Origin: Pontiella sp.
GTDB lineage: Bacteria > Verrucomicrobiota > Kiritimatiellia > Kiritimatiellales > Pontiellaceae
Direction: 5' to 3'
Length of the DNA stretch: 64,000 nucleotides
Assembly (NCBI GenBank): GCA_050290185.1
Contig: JBNKHE010000005.1
Location: forward strand, 128,001 to 192,000
In this document: positions 1-10,187 of the stretch, piece by piece
Layout of the letters: each line of letters opens with the position of its first letter
How positions within the stretch are numbered: position 1 is the stretch's first letter
The notes under the pieces: generated by a model
Database searches by the model: none
What the model was told of the DNA's origin: nothing
What the model saw: the letters and a program-made list of their open reading frames with translations, nothing else
Made by a program: the position numbers and the translations under genes

Positions 1-1
1 T

Positions 2-319
2 CCGGAAGGGCTGAATATCCATTGGTATCATCAACGTCTCGGAGACAACCTGAAAAAGAAAGAGAGTTTGGGAAACTCGGATTTGCAGTATTTTATGGTC
101 ATCCGAAGTACTCAACTGAATATGGATGCGGAACCGGATGTGCTGCCGGAGGAGACCGTCGATACCGACTCATCAACTGAAGAAGAGCATGCTGATGTGA
201 TCGAGGAGAATCCGTTGACAAATGAAGTCCCGGAGGCCGTTGTTGACACAGGGGATGCAGATGAATCCGTCAAGGCGGAAGCTGCTCCCGCTGATGGCGA
301 ACCCGAAGAGCAGGAGTAG
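2..319 (+). CDS. 3' part of a hypothetical protein with an acidic low-complexity tail (truncated by window edge)
   Basis: Frame is open from position 2 to TAG at 317-319; D/E-rich C-terminus. Confidence 0.6.
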   Translation, partial: PEGLNIHWYHQRLGDNLKKKESLGNSDLQYFMVIRSTQLNMDAEPDVLPEETVDTDSSTEEEHADVIEENPLTNEVPEAVVDTGDADESVKAEAAPADGEPEEQE

Positions 320-326
320 AAATACC

Positions 327-644
327 ATGACCAAAAGATTTCTAGCTGTTTTGTTGGCGAGTGCTTCTCTGACTTTGGCAGGTTGCGTATCCAAAACAAT
401 CGAACCCATGTACATCCCCAACGTGGCGGCATCACAAAACCACGATGGTCTGGTTACGATTAGTTGGCCCTCACGTACAGGATACAACTACCGCCTGGTT
501 GCGCGTGATCAGGGAAAGACAATTCTGGATAAGAAGGTCTACCGGGGTACCGGCCAGACCATTACGGTTCAGTTTATGCGCAAGTCGGACAGGCCTTTGC
601 CTAACTACACCGTCAAACCGGAAAAAACCGGGGGTGAGAGGTAG
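327..644 (+). CDS. Small predicted lipoprotein
   Basis: ATG at 327 preceded by AGGAG; signal peptide with lipobox LAGC (MTKRFLAVLLASASLTLAGC). Confidence 0.7.
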   Translation: MTKRFLAVLLASASLTLAGCVSKTIEPMYIPNVAASQNHDGLVTISWPSRTGYNYRLVARDQGKTILDKKVYRGTGQTITVQFMRKSDRPLPNYTVKPEKTGGER

Positions 645-665
645 GTGTCTGCGTTCAAAAGAACG

Positions 666-2162
666 CTATAGAACCGGAGTCATCAGGGCGCAAAGGTTTT
701 CCGCAAGTTTCTGGATTGAAGGTCGTTTAATCCATTCATTCAGCGAGATCTCCGTGCTGCGATCCATATCTTCATGAATCATGCCTTTCAATTTATTGAT
801 GGCCGACTCATCTTCAATCAACGATAAGGTCTCGTAGTTCAATTCCAGACTGCGCACATCCAGATTGGCTGTTCCAACCAGTGCAACGGAATCGTCGACC
901 ACCATGGCTTTGGCATGGATAAATGGAGGCTTGCGCAGGTAGATACGTCCTCCGGCAGCAAGCAACTCCTCGTATAGTGCTTTTGATGCCAAACCGGCGT
1001 ATCTGTGGTTGTTCTTTTCGGGAACAACAATGCGGACATCCACTCCCCGGCGGGCGGCTGAGCGTAAAGCGCGCATGATATCGTTGGTTGGCACAAAATA
1101 GGGGGTAACAATCAATACCTGCCGCTGGGCAAGGATGATTGCATTGAATACCGTTTCGCTTGCCAGATCCGGGGGTTCGGAGGGGCCACTGTCGATCAGG
1201 CGGGCGCGAGCGTTTCCGATGGACAGCATCTGTGGAAAATGATTGGCATTGATCAGATTGTCCGTCGGTTCGGCGGTCATAAAATACCAGTCGCGCAGAA
1301 AAGAAAACTGCAACTCATGAACCATGGGGCCTTCCACTTTAAAATGATAATCCCGTATGGCATCGTGATCTTCGGTAGTGATATTTTCATCGGAAATATT
1401 GACCCCGCCGAAAAAGGCAATACATCCGTCAACGATTAAATTCTTGCGATGGTTCCGTAGATTAATCTGGAATTGCCGTTTAAATGGATTGGCCTGGGTC
1501 CACCCGCAGATTTTAAGGTTTTCCACTTTCCCGTACTGATGGAACATACCGGTCAGATAAGCATACGCGGAACCGAAACGGTCGAACATGAGCCGGATAT
1601 CGACCCCTTCCCTTGCTTTCTTTTCGAGCTCTTCGAGAAATTGCCGGCCTACGGCACCACGATGAATAATGTAGCTTTGTAGATGGATATGGTTTTTTGC
1701 ATTCCGTATGGCTTCCAGCATGAGCGGATAGGTTTCATCGCCGCACTCCAATGGAGTGATGAAGTTTCCATCAAGAAGAGGATGATCAGGGTTGAGTGCA
1801 TCTAGGGCACGATTGAGTTTTTGGCAACACGCGCTTTCGATATCCGCGAGGGAAGTGCTGAAATTGTAATGCCAGGCCACGAAGGGCGTCTCATCCTTAT
1901 GGCGGGCCCGCCGTTGCTCCATCATCTCCTGATTCTTGGCTTTTTTTAGCAGGCCCTTGCGGGGAATGCGGTCGATGCCAAATGCCAGATAGAGCAGGGG
2001 GCCGATGAAGGGAATGGACCAGGCAACGAATATCCACAGAATGGTGGCACTTGCGTTGCGGCGCCTTTTCAGGGCGTGGAGGCACACGCCCACAAACGCC
2101 ACTAAATGCAGGGCGGTGCTTAAGACAACCCAGTATCTGACATCAAGTAGGCCTTCTTGCAT
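666..2162 (-). CDS. cls: Cardiolipin synthase
   Basis: N-terminal PLDc_N transmembrane hairpin and two HKD motifs (HRKNLIVD, HAKAMVVD). Confidence 0.92.
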   Translation of the reverse strand: MQEGLLDVRYWVVLSTALHLVAFVGVCLHALKRRRNASATILWIFVAWSIPFIGPLLYLAFGIDRIPRKGLLKKAKNQEMMEQRRARHKDETPFVAWHYNFSTSLADIESACCQKLNRALDALNPDHPLLDGNFITPLECGDETYPLMLEAIRNAKNHIHLQSYIIHRGAVGRQFLEELEKKAREGVDIRLMFDRFGSAYAYLTGMFHQYGKVENLKICGWTQANPFKRQFQINLRNHRKNLIVDGCIAFFGGVNISDENITTEDHDAIRDYHFKVEGPMVHELQFSFLRDWYFMTAEPTDNLINANHFPQMLSIGNARARLIDSGPSEPPDLASETVFNAIILAQRQVLIVTPYFVPTNDIMRALRSAARRGVDVRIVVPEKNNHRYAGLASKALYEELLAAGGRIYLRKPPFIHAKAMVVDDSVALVGTANLDVRSLELNYETLSLIEDESAINKLKGMIHEDMDRSTEISLNEWIKRPSIQKLAENLCALMTPVL

Positions 2163-2253
2163 GTATTCATGCTAGCGGGATGTGCGATCGAAGCATAGTT
2201 AAAAGTGAACGTGAAGTGTTGTCATCGGAGGGAAAGAGACTAGATTTGTACCC

Positions 2254-2979
2254 ATGAGATTTCTGCTCTACAACATTTGCTATGGAACCCATGGTAATCA
2301 ACGAAAACTTCCGTTACTTGGATTGCTCGGACGAACGCACAACCATCTCGGTGAAATCACGAATTTTATCAAAAAACAAAACCCTGACGTAGTGGGTTTG
2401 ATTGAGGTGGACAGTGGCTCTTATCGTTCAGGGAAAAAAAGTCAGGTTGAAACCATGGCGGCAGAACTCGGACACTTTCATGCCTACTGTTCCAAATATG
2501 CCACGAATTCCCGGTGGCAACGCATCCCCATCTACAACAAACAAGGCAATGCCTTTCTTGCCAAGGATACCATTCATGGGGAACGGTTCCATTATTTTGA
2601 GCGTGGCATGAAAAAGCTGGTGATCGAGCTGGAGCTCGAAAAAGTGACCTTCTTTCTGGTCCACCTTGCGCTCAGCTACAAAGCCCGGCAGGCACAGATA
2701 CTTCATCTGTATAACATGATCAAGCAGACGGGACGGCCCTATATTGTAGCCGGTGATTTCAATGCATTCATGGGAGAGGATGAAATCCAGCTGCTGATGT
2801 CTGCCAGCGGGTTGAAAAATGCCGATGTGAACATGCAGCCTTCCTACCCGAGCCGTAAGCCCAAACGGCATCTCGATTTCATTCTGCACAGTCCCGAAAT
2901 CGTGATAAAACACTTTGAAATGCCACAGGTTGAATTATCGGATCATCTTCCCTTGGTGGTTGATTTTGACGTCAAGTGA
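2254..2979 (+). CDS. Endonuclease/exonuclease/phosphatase (EEP) family protein
   Basis: YNI, DVVGLIEVD, AGDFN, LDFI and SDHLP motifs. Confidence 0.88.
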   Translation: MRFLLYNICYGTHGNQRKLPLLGLLGRTHNHLGEITNFIKKQNPDVVGLIEVDSGSYRSGKKSQVETMAAELGHFHAYCSKYATNSRWQRIPIYNKQGNAFLAKDTIHGERFHYFERGMKKLVIELELEKVTFFLVHLALSYKARQAQILHLYNMIKQTGRPYIVAGDFNAFMGEDEIQLLMSASGLKNADVNMQPSYPSRKPKRHLDFILHSPEIVIKHFEMPQVELSDHLPLVVDFDVK

Positions 2980-3059
2980 TGTTGCGTTGGATGAACAGGA
3001 AAACCGTTGGTTTCAAGGCATGAAACCTTCTGTTGATCTGGATATTGAAGGAGGATCTA

Positions 3060-3743
3060 ATGAATGAATTTTTGATAGGTATGCTGGTTGCTTTAATCAT
3101 TGGTATTGTTGTCTGGATAGCGTTAATGAAAAAAAGAAAGCCAGGGAAAGAACTTCGGGTTTTTTCAAGCATCGAGCAGCTGCGTTCGATTGGCCAGCTG
3201 TCGGTCTATAAAGTGCTGACCAAGGAAATTGTGACTGAAACCGATCACTCTTGGGGAGAGGTTGGATCGCGCTATCTGAGCTGGGTGCTCAGCAACAAGA
3301 AGATGGCGATGATATTCGAATTCGCAATAGACTTCCGCTACAACCTTCAAAGTCCGCAGTTCAAGATCAGGGAGTCCGGCGCAGATCAGTATTCAATTCT
3401 TATGCCGCCATGCGACTATGAAGTCCATATCCGAGATATTCGTTTTTATGATGAGCAGGGTTCAAAACTATTTCCCTGGTTGCTGCCCGATCTTCTGAAC
3501 GGATTCCTTGGCGGTGGTTTTTCAGAGGAAGACAAGAACAAGCTGGTTAATGCGGCCAAGAATCATGCCGAACAGCAGGCCCTGGAGTTAATCAATAATA
3601 TTCAATCCGAAGTGCAGAAATCAGCCAAAACCACGCTGGAGTCCATTAGTCGGGCCTTTGGAGCTGTCGATATTGAGTTTGAATTTTCCTCCAAGCGCGC
3701 TACCGAGGTTGAGGTGGAAGTGTCGGATCAAATCGCATCCTAA
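3060..3743 (+). CDS. Membrane-anchored DUF4230-like protein
   Basis: GAGGA RBS before ATG 3060; single N-terminal TM, then IEQLRSIGQLSV, similar to DUF4230. Confidence 0.6.
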   Translation: MNEFLIGMLVALIIGIVVWIALMKKRKPGKELRVFSSIEQLRSIGQLSVYKVLTKEIVTETDHSWGEVGSRYLSWVLSNKKMAMIFEFAIDFRYNLQSPQFKIRESGADQYSILMPPCDYEVHIRDIRFYDEQGSKLFPWLLPDLLNGFLGGGFSEEDKNKLVNAAKNHAEQQALELINNIQSEVQKSAKTTLESISRAFGAVDIEFEFSSKRATEVEVEVSDQIAS

Positions 3744-4423
3744 TAGTCAGCGGTTGAAAGGCCGCCTTCAAGTACGGCCTGGGTTGCTCCTATTCCCAAT
3801 CGCGTTGCGCCTTGCTCAAGATAGCCGACGGCCTGCTCCCAGGTTCGGATTCCTCCAGACGCCTTGATGCCCATTTTCCCTCCCACTGTCTTCACCATGA
3901 CATCGATGATTTCTGGCGAGGCTGAAGCGGGTCCGAATCCGGTTGAGGTTTTAACAAAATCCGCGCCCGCCTTGAATGCGATCTCGCAGGCAACGGCAAC
4001 CTGATCTAGGGTGAGATAGCAACTTTCCTGTATAACCTTAACTATCACGCCATTGGCATGGCATTCATCGACAACTGATGTGATGTCGTTGAGGACATAG
4101 TCCTGCTTCCCGCTCAGAAATTGTCCGATATTCATCACCATATCGATCTCATGCACCCCGTCTTTTATCGCTTGTCGGGCCTGAAAAACCTTGGTCTCTG
4201 TCGTGTCGTCCCCGTGGGGAAAGCTCAATACGGACGAGACCTTTACGCAGGAATCCTTCAAGAGCACCGCTGCAAGGCGTATATCGCATGGACGTACACA
4301 CATGCTGGCGACACTAAAACCACGGCACATGTCTGCATTGGATCGAATGTCGCCTTCCGTCAGGTTGGCTTTCAGGACGGCATGGTCGATCGTCGCAGCT
4401 AATTCTTTGATACTGAGTTTCAT
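3740..4423 (-). CDS. deoC: Deoxyribose-phosphate aldolase
   Basis: IDHAVLK, FPHG, EIDMVMN, DFVKTSTGF and IKASGGIRT motifs. Confidence 0.95.
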   Translation of the reverse strand: MKLSIKELAATIDHAVLKANLTEGDIRSNADMCRGFSVASMCVRPCDIRLAAVLLKDSCVKVSSVLSFPHGDDTTETKVFQARQAIKDGVHEIDMVMNIGQFLSGKQDYVLNDITSVVDECHANGVIVKVIQESCYLTLDQVAVACEIAFKAGADFVKTSTGFGPASASPEIIDVMVKTVGGKMGIKASGGIRTWEQAVGYLEQGATRLGIGATQAVLEGGLSTADY

Positions 4424-4489
4424 CCGGCTTCCTTTCCGCAAAGAAAAGGCCGCCATGACTGACGGCCTTGCGGGCATATGATTAGACGG

Positions 4490-5284
4490 TTATTTAGCCA
4501 GCTTTTTTAGATAGGCTTGATCCTCAGGGGAAAAATCGCGAAAGGGGATGGTTGCGTTATTTCCGTTCTTTGCGTTCTTAAGAGTAACCTGTCCCCTCTC
4601 GTAGCTTACAAAGATTGCGGATTCCACGGTGATCATCCTGCCGCCATAGTTGATGTGCCATGACCGGTATTCCGGTTTAAGCTTCGGGGAAGCCGCACGT
4701 TCGCTGGGACTCGAACTGGCTTCTTCCGCCGCCTCTTCCCTTTCAGCCTTAATCTTGGCCTCTACCTCTTCCATGGACGGTGCTTCAACAAATTCCGAAG
4801 GGGTTCCTTTCGGAGATGGCAAGCTAAGACGTTTGGTCGGTCCGGCCTCGGTCAGGCTGATCGACTTGGTGTCCATCCGTCCGGTAATAGGATCTTCAAT
4901 GCCAACATCTTCAACCTGCATTGCTATATACCCTTTCCCACATTCAACAGGTCTGTTTTTGAGCGGATAGTACCCGAGATAGTGCGGCTCCGGGGAGTTG
5001 TCGCAGATGATCAGGTGATAGCCCCCGTCATCCGGCAATTCACCTACGAAGATCCAATAGTATGCAAGGATCTCGTCTTTATCATTGATATCGTCCTCAT
5101 AGTCGGTATCAACCCCGCCCAGATCATCCACCTCTATCCCTTCCGGATAGTGTTCGCCTCCGATCTTGGCCATGATCTTTTCAACGTCCCTCCGATCCGG
5201 CTCACGCTTTCTAACAGCGTTTGCTGTCAAAGCAAACCCTATCCCGAAAACCGCTACCAGAATCCAAGTAAGTGTTTTTCTCAT
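4490..5284 (-). CDS. Secreted hypothetical protein with C-terminal SHD1-like domain
   Basis: Signal peptide; C-terminal YRSW...G..VESAIFV...VTLK...TIPFRDFSPEDQAYLK resembles SHD1. Confidence 0.6.
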   Translation of the reverse strand: MRKTLTWILVAVFGIGFALTANAVRKREPDRRDVEKIMAKIGGEHYPEGIEVDDLGGVDTDYEDDINDKDEILAYYWIFVGELPDDGGYHLIICDNSPEPHYLGYYPLKNRPVECGKGYIAMQVEDVGIEDPITGRMDTKSISLTEAGPTKRLSLPSPKGTPSEFVEAPSMEEVEAKIKAEREEAAEEASSSPSERAASPKLKPEYRSWHINYGGRMITVESAIFVSYERGQVTLKNAKNGNNATIPFRDFSPEDQAYLKKLAK

Positions 5285-5503
5285 ACCTCTGCCTTTCTCT
5301 CCTGCCTAATCAAAACAACGGTTCGACTGCTTGAAGTAGTTATTGCTAAAGCTACATGTAGATTGCGAATCATGCCATGTTTTTCACTCAAAAAAAGAGG
5401 CCTGAGCAGACGGGAAAGACAAAATACGCACTTGGCAGCAACATCTCTTTTCTGCATAGTGTGCGGCCTTTTTGGAGCTTATAACAAATACGAGGACAAC
5501 CAT

Positions 5504-6070
5504 ATGTACAATGCATCCGATCTGAAAAAAGGGCTGAAAATCGAGATCGATGGTGATCCCTGCATGATTACCCAGTTCGAGTTTTCCAAGCCCGGCAAGG
5601 GACAGGCACTCTACCGGTGCAAAATCAAAAATCTGGTGACGGGAAACCAATTTGATAAAACCTATCGCTCTGTCGAAAAGGTTAAACGTTGCGCGCTGAT
5701 TTCCCGCGACTACACCTTTTCCTACATCGATGGAGACAACTATGTCTTTTCCGATAATGAAACCTTCGAGGAGGCACATCTGAACGAAGAGCTGCTTAGT
5801 GACTTGAAATATTTCATTGTCGACGACATGCCGGTTGAAATCCTATTCCACAACGATCGCGCCTTGGACATTACCCTGCCTAACTTTGTGGAAATGGTGG
5901 TTGCCGAAACCGAGCCGGGCGCTCGCGGCGATACCGCCACGAACGTAATGAAGCCCGCCAAACTCGAAAACGGTTACGAAATCAACGTGCCAATTTTCAT
6001 CAACGAAGGCGATACCATCCGCATTGATACCCGTACGGGGACCTATGCGGACCGCGTCTCCAAGGGGTAG
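5504..6070 (+). CDS. efp: Translation elongation factor P
   Basis: KPGKGQA loop, PGARGDTA, VPIFINEGD; GAGGA RBS. Confidence 0.97.
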   Translation: MYNASDLKKGLKIEIDGDPCMITQFEFSKPGKGQALYRCKIKNLVTGNQFDKTYRSVEKVKRCALISRDYTFSYIDGDNYVFSDNETFEEAHLNEELLSDLKYFIVDDMPVEILFHNDRALDITLPNFVEMVVAETEPGARGDTATNVMKPAKLENGYEINVPIFINEGDTIRIDTRTGTYADRVSKG

Positions 6071-6071
6071 C

Positions 6072-6917
6072 ATGGCATACGATAGCTTAAAGCTGAGAGA
6101 CGTCCTGATGCGCGGCATCCGGACGTTTTTTTATGAGCGCGGCTTCACCGAAGTGGAAACGCCGATCCGTCTGGAAACGCCCTGCATGGAGTTGCATATC
6201 GATGCAGAGCCGAGCGGGGACCACTATCTACGCACCTCGCCTGAAATCTGCCACAAGAAGCTGCTGGCAGCCGGATATGAACGGATCTTCGAGCTGGGAA
6301 AATGCTTCCGGCATGGGGAATGCGGGCCGTTGCACAATCCCGAATACACGATGCTGGAATGGTACAGGACGCATGCCGATTATATGGACGTGCTCGACGA
6401 CACGCGCACGCTGGTCGAATCCGTATGGGACAACGGGCCGACGGATTGGACGATATTACCGGTTTCCGAAGCGTTCTCCAACTTTGCGGGCTGGGATCCG
6501 GCGGGCAACTATGACGCGGACCGTTTTGATCTCGATCTGGTTGAAAAAGTCGAGCCCTCCTTGAAACGGATGGGCGGGGCCGTCGTACTCAAGGATTATC
6601 CGGTTGAAGCGGCGGCGCTCTCACGTCGCAAGCCGGACAATCCCCTGGTAGCAGAACGGTGGGAGCTTTATATAGATGGTATCGAAATAGCCAATGCCTA
6701 TTCCGAGTTGACCGATCCAGAGGAACAGAGACTTCGGTTCGAGGAATGCGCCGAACAACGCAAAGCCCTCGGCAAGCTGGTCTACGGGATTGATGAGGAG
6801 TTTATTCAGGCGCTGGGCCAAATGCCTCGATCCGGCGGGGTGGCGTTGGGGGTCGATCGCCTGCTTATGTTGATGATGGGTCAATCTTCGCTGGATCAAT
6901 CTCTTCCATTTCGGTGA
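6072..6917 (+). CDS. epmA: EF-P lysine aminoacylase (GenX/EpmA)
   Basis: LysRS-like catalytic domain only: FTEVETP, YLRTSPE, HNPEYTMLEWY, GVALGVDRL; directly after efp. Confidence 0.9.
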   Translation: MAYDSLKLRDVLMRGIRTFFYERGFTEVETPIRLETPCMELHIDAEPSGDHYLRTSPEICHKKLLAAGYERIFELGKCFRHGECGPLHNPEYTMLEWYRTHADYMDVLDDTRTLVESVWDNGPTDWTILPVSEAFSNFAGWDPAGNYDADRFDLDLVEKVEPSLKRMGGAVVLKDYPVEAAALSRRKPDNPLVAERWELYIDGIEIANAYSELTDPEEQRLRFEECAEQRKALGKLVYGIDEEFIQALGQMPRSGGVALGVDRLLMLMMGQSSLDQSLPFR

Positions 6918-7362
6918 TGGCCGGGATAATCGGCTGTTCCATCGCTTCACGACGCGTCCCGTCGCTGTGGTAGTCGATGACCGTTTTCTCGAGATTGCGT
7001 AGTTGCTTGGCAACATCATTTAAGCGGAATTCGATCGAATTCAGAATCCAGAACTGGAAATGCTCCACCTTGGTCGACTTGTGCATCATCCAGATAATCT
7101 TAATCGAAACCAATAGGATGGCGATCACCAGCGAAAATTCCGTATCAAGGGGGACATGAATATCCCACAGCTGGTGCAACAAGTCGTTTATGCCGAGTAA
7201 TGTGATGGCAATAATGAACCCCGTATTGACCCACTTGTCCCGTTCCGCCTGCTCCTTGCCGCCGATTTGGCCCATCAATTTGCGGATCTTCTCTTTTTCT
7301 TTTTTGAAGTTATCGAGTTCGGCCTTCAGCTTGATCGGGTCTAGGTCTTCCATATTGAACAC
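6865..7362 (-). CDS. Hypothetical two-TM membrane protein with coiled-coil ends
   Basis: Two hydrophobic segments; GGAG upstream of start; FQFWILNSIEFRLND motif. Confidence 0.65.
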   Translation of the reverse strand: MFNMEDLDPIKLKAELDNFKKEKEKIRKLMGQIGGKEQAERDKWVNTGFIIAITLLGINDLLHQLWDIHVPLDTEFSLVIAILLVSIKIIWMMHKSTKVEHFQFWILNSIEFRLNDVAKQLRNLEKTVIDYHSDGTRREAMEQPIIPAITEMEEIDPAKIDPSST

Positions 7363-7475
7363 TCCGTCTTTAATTATGTATAAGCTTAGAGCCGGATCCA
7401 GCTTTCATCAACAAATTAGCGTGTCAATCGATGATGGTGCGTGCTAGAAATTCCTTCCTTTGAAGGGCAGGTTAC

Positions 7476-8570
7476 ATGGGACGAAAATTAAATATAGGTG
7501 TAGCGTGCGGGGGGACCGGCGGGCATATTTTTCCGGGCCTTGCCACCGCCAATGTGCTACTGAAACGCGGTCATGATGTCACCTTATGGATGGCGGGCAA
7601 GGATGTTGAGCACGATGCCGTAAAAAGCTGGCCCGGCAATGTTATAACCATTCCTTCGGAGGGGTTTCAGTTCGGTATTTCCATGCGTAGCCTGCTGACG
7701 GTACAGAAGTTGTTCAAAGCCTATCGCCTGGCACTGGCACCCATGCGTAAAAACCGGCCCGATGCGATGCTGGCCATGGGCAGTTATGCTTCGTTCGGAC
7801 CGGTGAAAGCTGCGGATAAGCTGAAGGTTCCTTATGTTCTCCACGAAGCCAACCTCGTTCCCGGTCGAGCAGTTTCTTTGCTCGCCCGGAAAGCGCATAC
7901 GGTGGCGGTGAGCTTTGAGAAAACACGATACTACCTCAAGCACTCCAATATCGAAACAACCGGCATGCCTTTGCGTAAGGAACTTCAGGAGGCCAGCGCC
8001 CATCCGCGCGGCGAGCGGAAATCAGGAGAACCGCTTCGCATATTGATCGTTGGCGGCAGCCGCGGCGCCCGGATTCTCAATGAGATTGTCCCCTTGGCAA
8101 TTTCTTCGGTCCAAGGCAAGGGGGTAAATGTTGAGGTAGAACACATTGCGGGGCTTCAGGATAGTAGCGATGTAGAGCGGATGTATGCCGAAGCCGGCAT
8201 CAAGGCAAACGTTTCCCACTTTGTGCAGGACATGGCTAAGGTTTATTTGAAAAGTGATCTGGCCATCTGCCGCTCGGGAGCAGCAACATGTGCCGAGCTT
8301 GCGGCGTTCGCGGTGCCGGCGCTTCTGATTCCATATCCGTTCGCCGTTCGGGATCATCAGATGAGTAATGCGCGGATTCTGCAGGATTCCGGGGCCGCGG
8401 ATGTGGTCGCGCAGGAAGACCTTACGGCGACATGGCTGTGCGACTATCTGGTTAATGTTTCCGAAAATACGGAACGACTGGAGCGCATGGCAGTCGCCAT
8501 GAAAAAACGGGCGCAGACCAACGCCGCCGAACAGCTGGCCGACTTGCTTGAGCGTGTAGCGGGAGAATAG
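7476..8570 (+). CDS. murG: Undecaprenyldiphospho-muramoylpentapeptide GlcNAc transferase
   Basis: GGTGGHIFP, HEAN, GGSRGA, RSGAAT and HQMSNA motifs. Confidence 0.95.
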   Translation: MGRKLNIGVACGGTGGHIFPGLATANVLLKRGHDVTLWMAGKDVEHDAVKSWPGNVITIPSEGFQFGISMRSLLTVQKLFKAYRLALAPMRKNRPDAMLAMGSYASFGPVKAADKLKVPYVLHEANLVPGRAVSLLARKAHTVAVSFEKTRYYLKHSNIETTGMPLRKELQEASAHPRGERKSGEPLRILIVGGSRGARILNEIVPLAISSVQGKGVNVEVEHIAGLQDSSDVERMYAEAGIKANVSHFVQDMAKVYLKSDLAICRSGAATCAELAAFAVPALLIPYPFAVRDHQMSNARILQDSGAADVVAQEDLTATWLCDYLVNVSENTERLERMAVAMKKRAQTNAAEQLADLLERVAGE

Positions 8571-8572
8571 CC

Positions 8573-9853
8573 ATGACTCCGGTCGATCAAGCCGAACAAT
8601 TGATCCAGCGCGGCGGCCACGTTCACCTTATGGGGATCGGCGGCATCGGCATGGCGGGGGTGGCCTGGCTCCTCAAGGAATGCGGCTTGAAGGTCTCGGG
8701 TTGTGATCTGCAATTCAACCGCCAAACGGAATGGCTGGCAAGAAACGGCATTTCAATTTCATTGAATCATGATCCAACACATGTTGCCGAAAAGGTTGAC
8801 TGGCTGGTTCGTTCAACCGCTGTGCCGGATTCCCATCCTGAAGTTCAGCAGGCAAAAGCACGGGGCATACCCGTTTCCCGGCGGGGCGAGGTTCTCCCCG
8901 CGCTTATGCGCGATCGTATCTGCATCGCCGTCAGCGGCACCCACGGAAAAACCACCACCACCGCCATAATTGCACAGGTGCTGGATTGTGGGTATTGTGT
9001 CGGGGGAGAGATCGCCGGCATCGAAGGTGTTGCCCGCGATGGTGAAATCATGGTGGTGGAAGCCGATGAATCCGATGGAACCGTGTCCGGCTACACGCCA
9101 GACTATGCCGTTATTACCAATATCGAATACGACCACATGGAACATCATGCTTCCGAAACCGCATTCATTTCGTGTTTCGAGACGCTGATCCATAGCACCA
9201 AGCAAAAAGTCTATTACCGTGCCGACGACCCTATCTCCAGCCGCATCTGCTCCGGCAATGACAAGTGCACCTTGTTTGAGTATCCGCCCGCCCCCCTCCA
9301 GTTGCCCTTGCCAGGCAGGCATAATCAATGGAATGCCGCGGCCGCCAAGGCGGTTGCGAGGAACTGGAAGAACGATGATGAGATCATCCGAGCGTTAAAA
9401 AACATCCATCCGGTCTGTCGACGGTTTGAGAGCGTTCACAAGGGTGGGGGAATCCACATTATCTCCGACTACGCACACCATCCGACAGAAATCGCAGCGC
9501 TAATCCAAACGGCGCAGGAGCTTGAACCTAAACGTCTGCTCGCGGTCTTTCAGCCACATCGCTATACAAGAACGCTCGCGCTAGGCCCCGATTTTCCTCC
9601 CAGCTTCGAAGGTTTGGATAAGCTCTGGTTAGTACCGGTCTATGCGGCATCTGAACCATCCATCCAAGGCGGCACCACCAAGGACTTGCTTGATCGCTTC
9701 CCTGATCGCTGGGGGGGCAATTTAACATACTGCGAATCCCTGCCGGAAGTCTGGGTCGAAATCCAAACCCATCTGCAGCCTGGCGACCTGCTGCTTATCA
9801 TCGGCGCCGGCGACATCGAGCAACTAGCCGAATGGGCAAAGACTATGCACTAA
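8573..9853 (+). CDS. murC: UDP-N-acetylmuramate--L-alanine ligase
   Basis: GIGGIGM, GTHGKTTT, EADESDG, DYAHHPTEI and FQPHRYTRT motifs. Confidence 0.95.
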   Translation: MTPVDQAEQLIQRGGHVHLMGIGGIGMAGVAWLLKECGLKVSGCDLQFNRQTEWLARNGISISLNHDPTHVAEKVDWLVRSTAVPDSHPEVQQAKARGIPVSRRGEVLPALMRDRICIAVSGTHGKTTTTAIIAQVLDCGYCVGGEIAGIEGVARDGEIMVVEADESDGTVSGYTPDYAVITNIEYDHMEHHASETAFISCFETLIHSTKQKVYYRADDPISSRICSGNDKCTLFEYPPAPLQLPLPGRHNQWNAAAAKAVARNWKNDDEIIRALKNIHPVCRRFESVHKGGGIHIISDYAHHPTEIAALIQTAQELEPKRLLAVFQPHRYTRTLALGPDFPPSFEGLDKLWLVPVYAASEPSIQGGTTKDLLDRFPDRWGGNLTYCESLPEVWVEIQTHLQPGDLLLIIGAGDIEQLAEWAKTMH

Positions 9854-10187
9854 GAGATGACTGCGAGTAATGGCTTATAGAATCCCGGCCGCTGCACCTC
9901 GACGATGGCGGAACGCTGGAATTGCGCATGCTGTTATTATACAGTCTGGTGCAGTGGAAGGCATTAAACATCATGCGCACAATATACCCATCCAGACTGA
10001 CGGCACTGCCGGAAACCTTCCGGTAACCGTTGATAATCTCCGCCACGGAATCCGCTTCCAACAATGATCCAGTCTCCCGGCTGAAGGCGGTCCTTTGATC
10101 TATCTTCATATTGCGATCAGAGCCTCTTGCAGGACACCGGCACTCACAGTACCATTCTTTCAAATCGTGCTAATAAGGGTGTGACCT

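Noticed and set aside
4982..5503. N-terminal extension of the efp ORF
   Set aside because: It overlaps an opposite-strand gene; the true start is ATG 5504 with an RBS.
9854..10187. Small ORFs between murC and uxuA
   Set aside because: Overlapping ORFs on both strands with no recognisable family; I cannot choose or support one.
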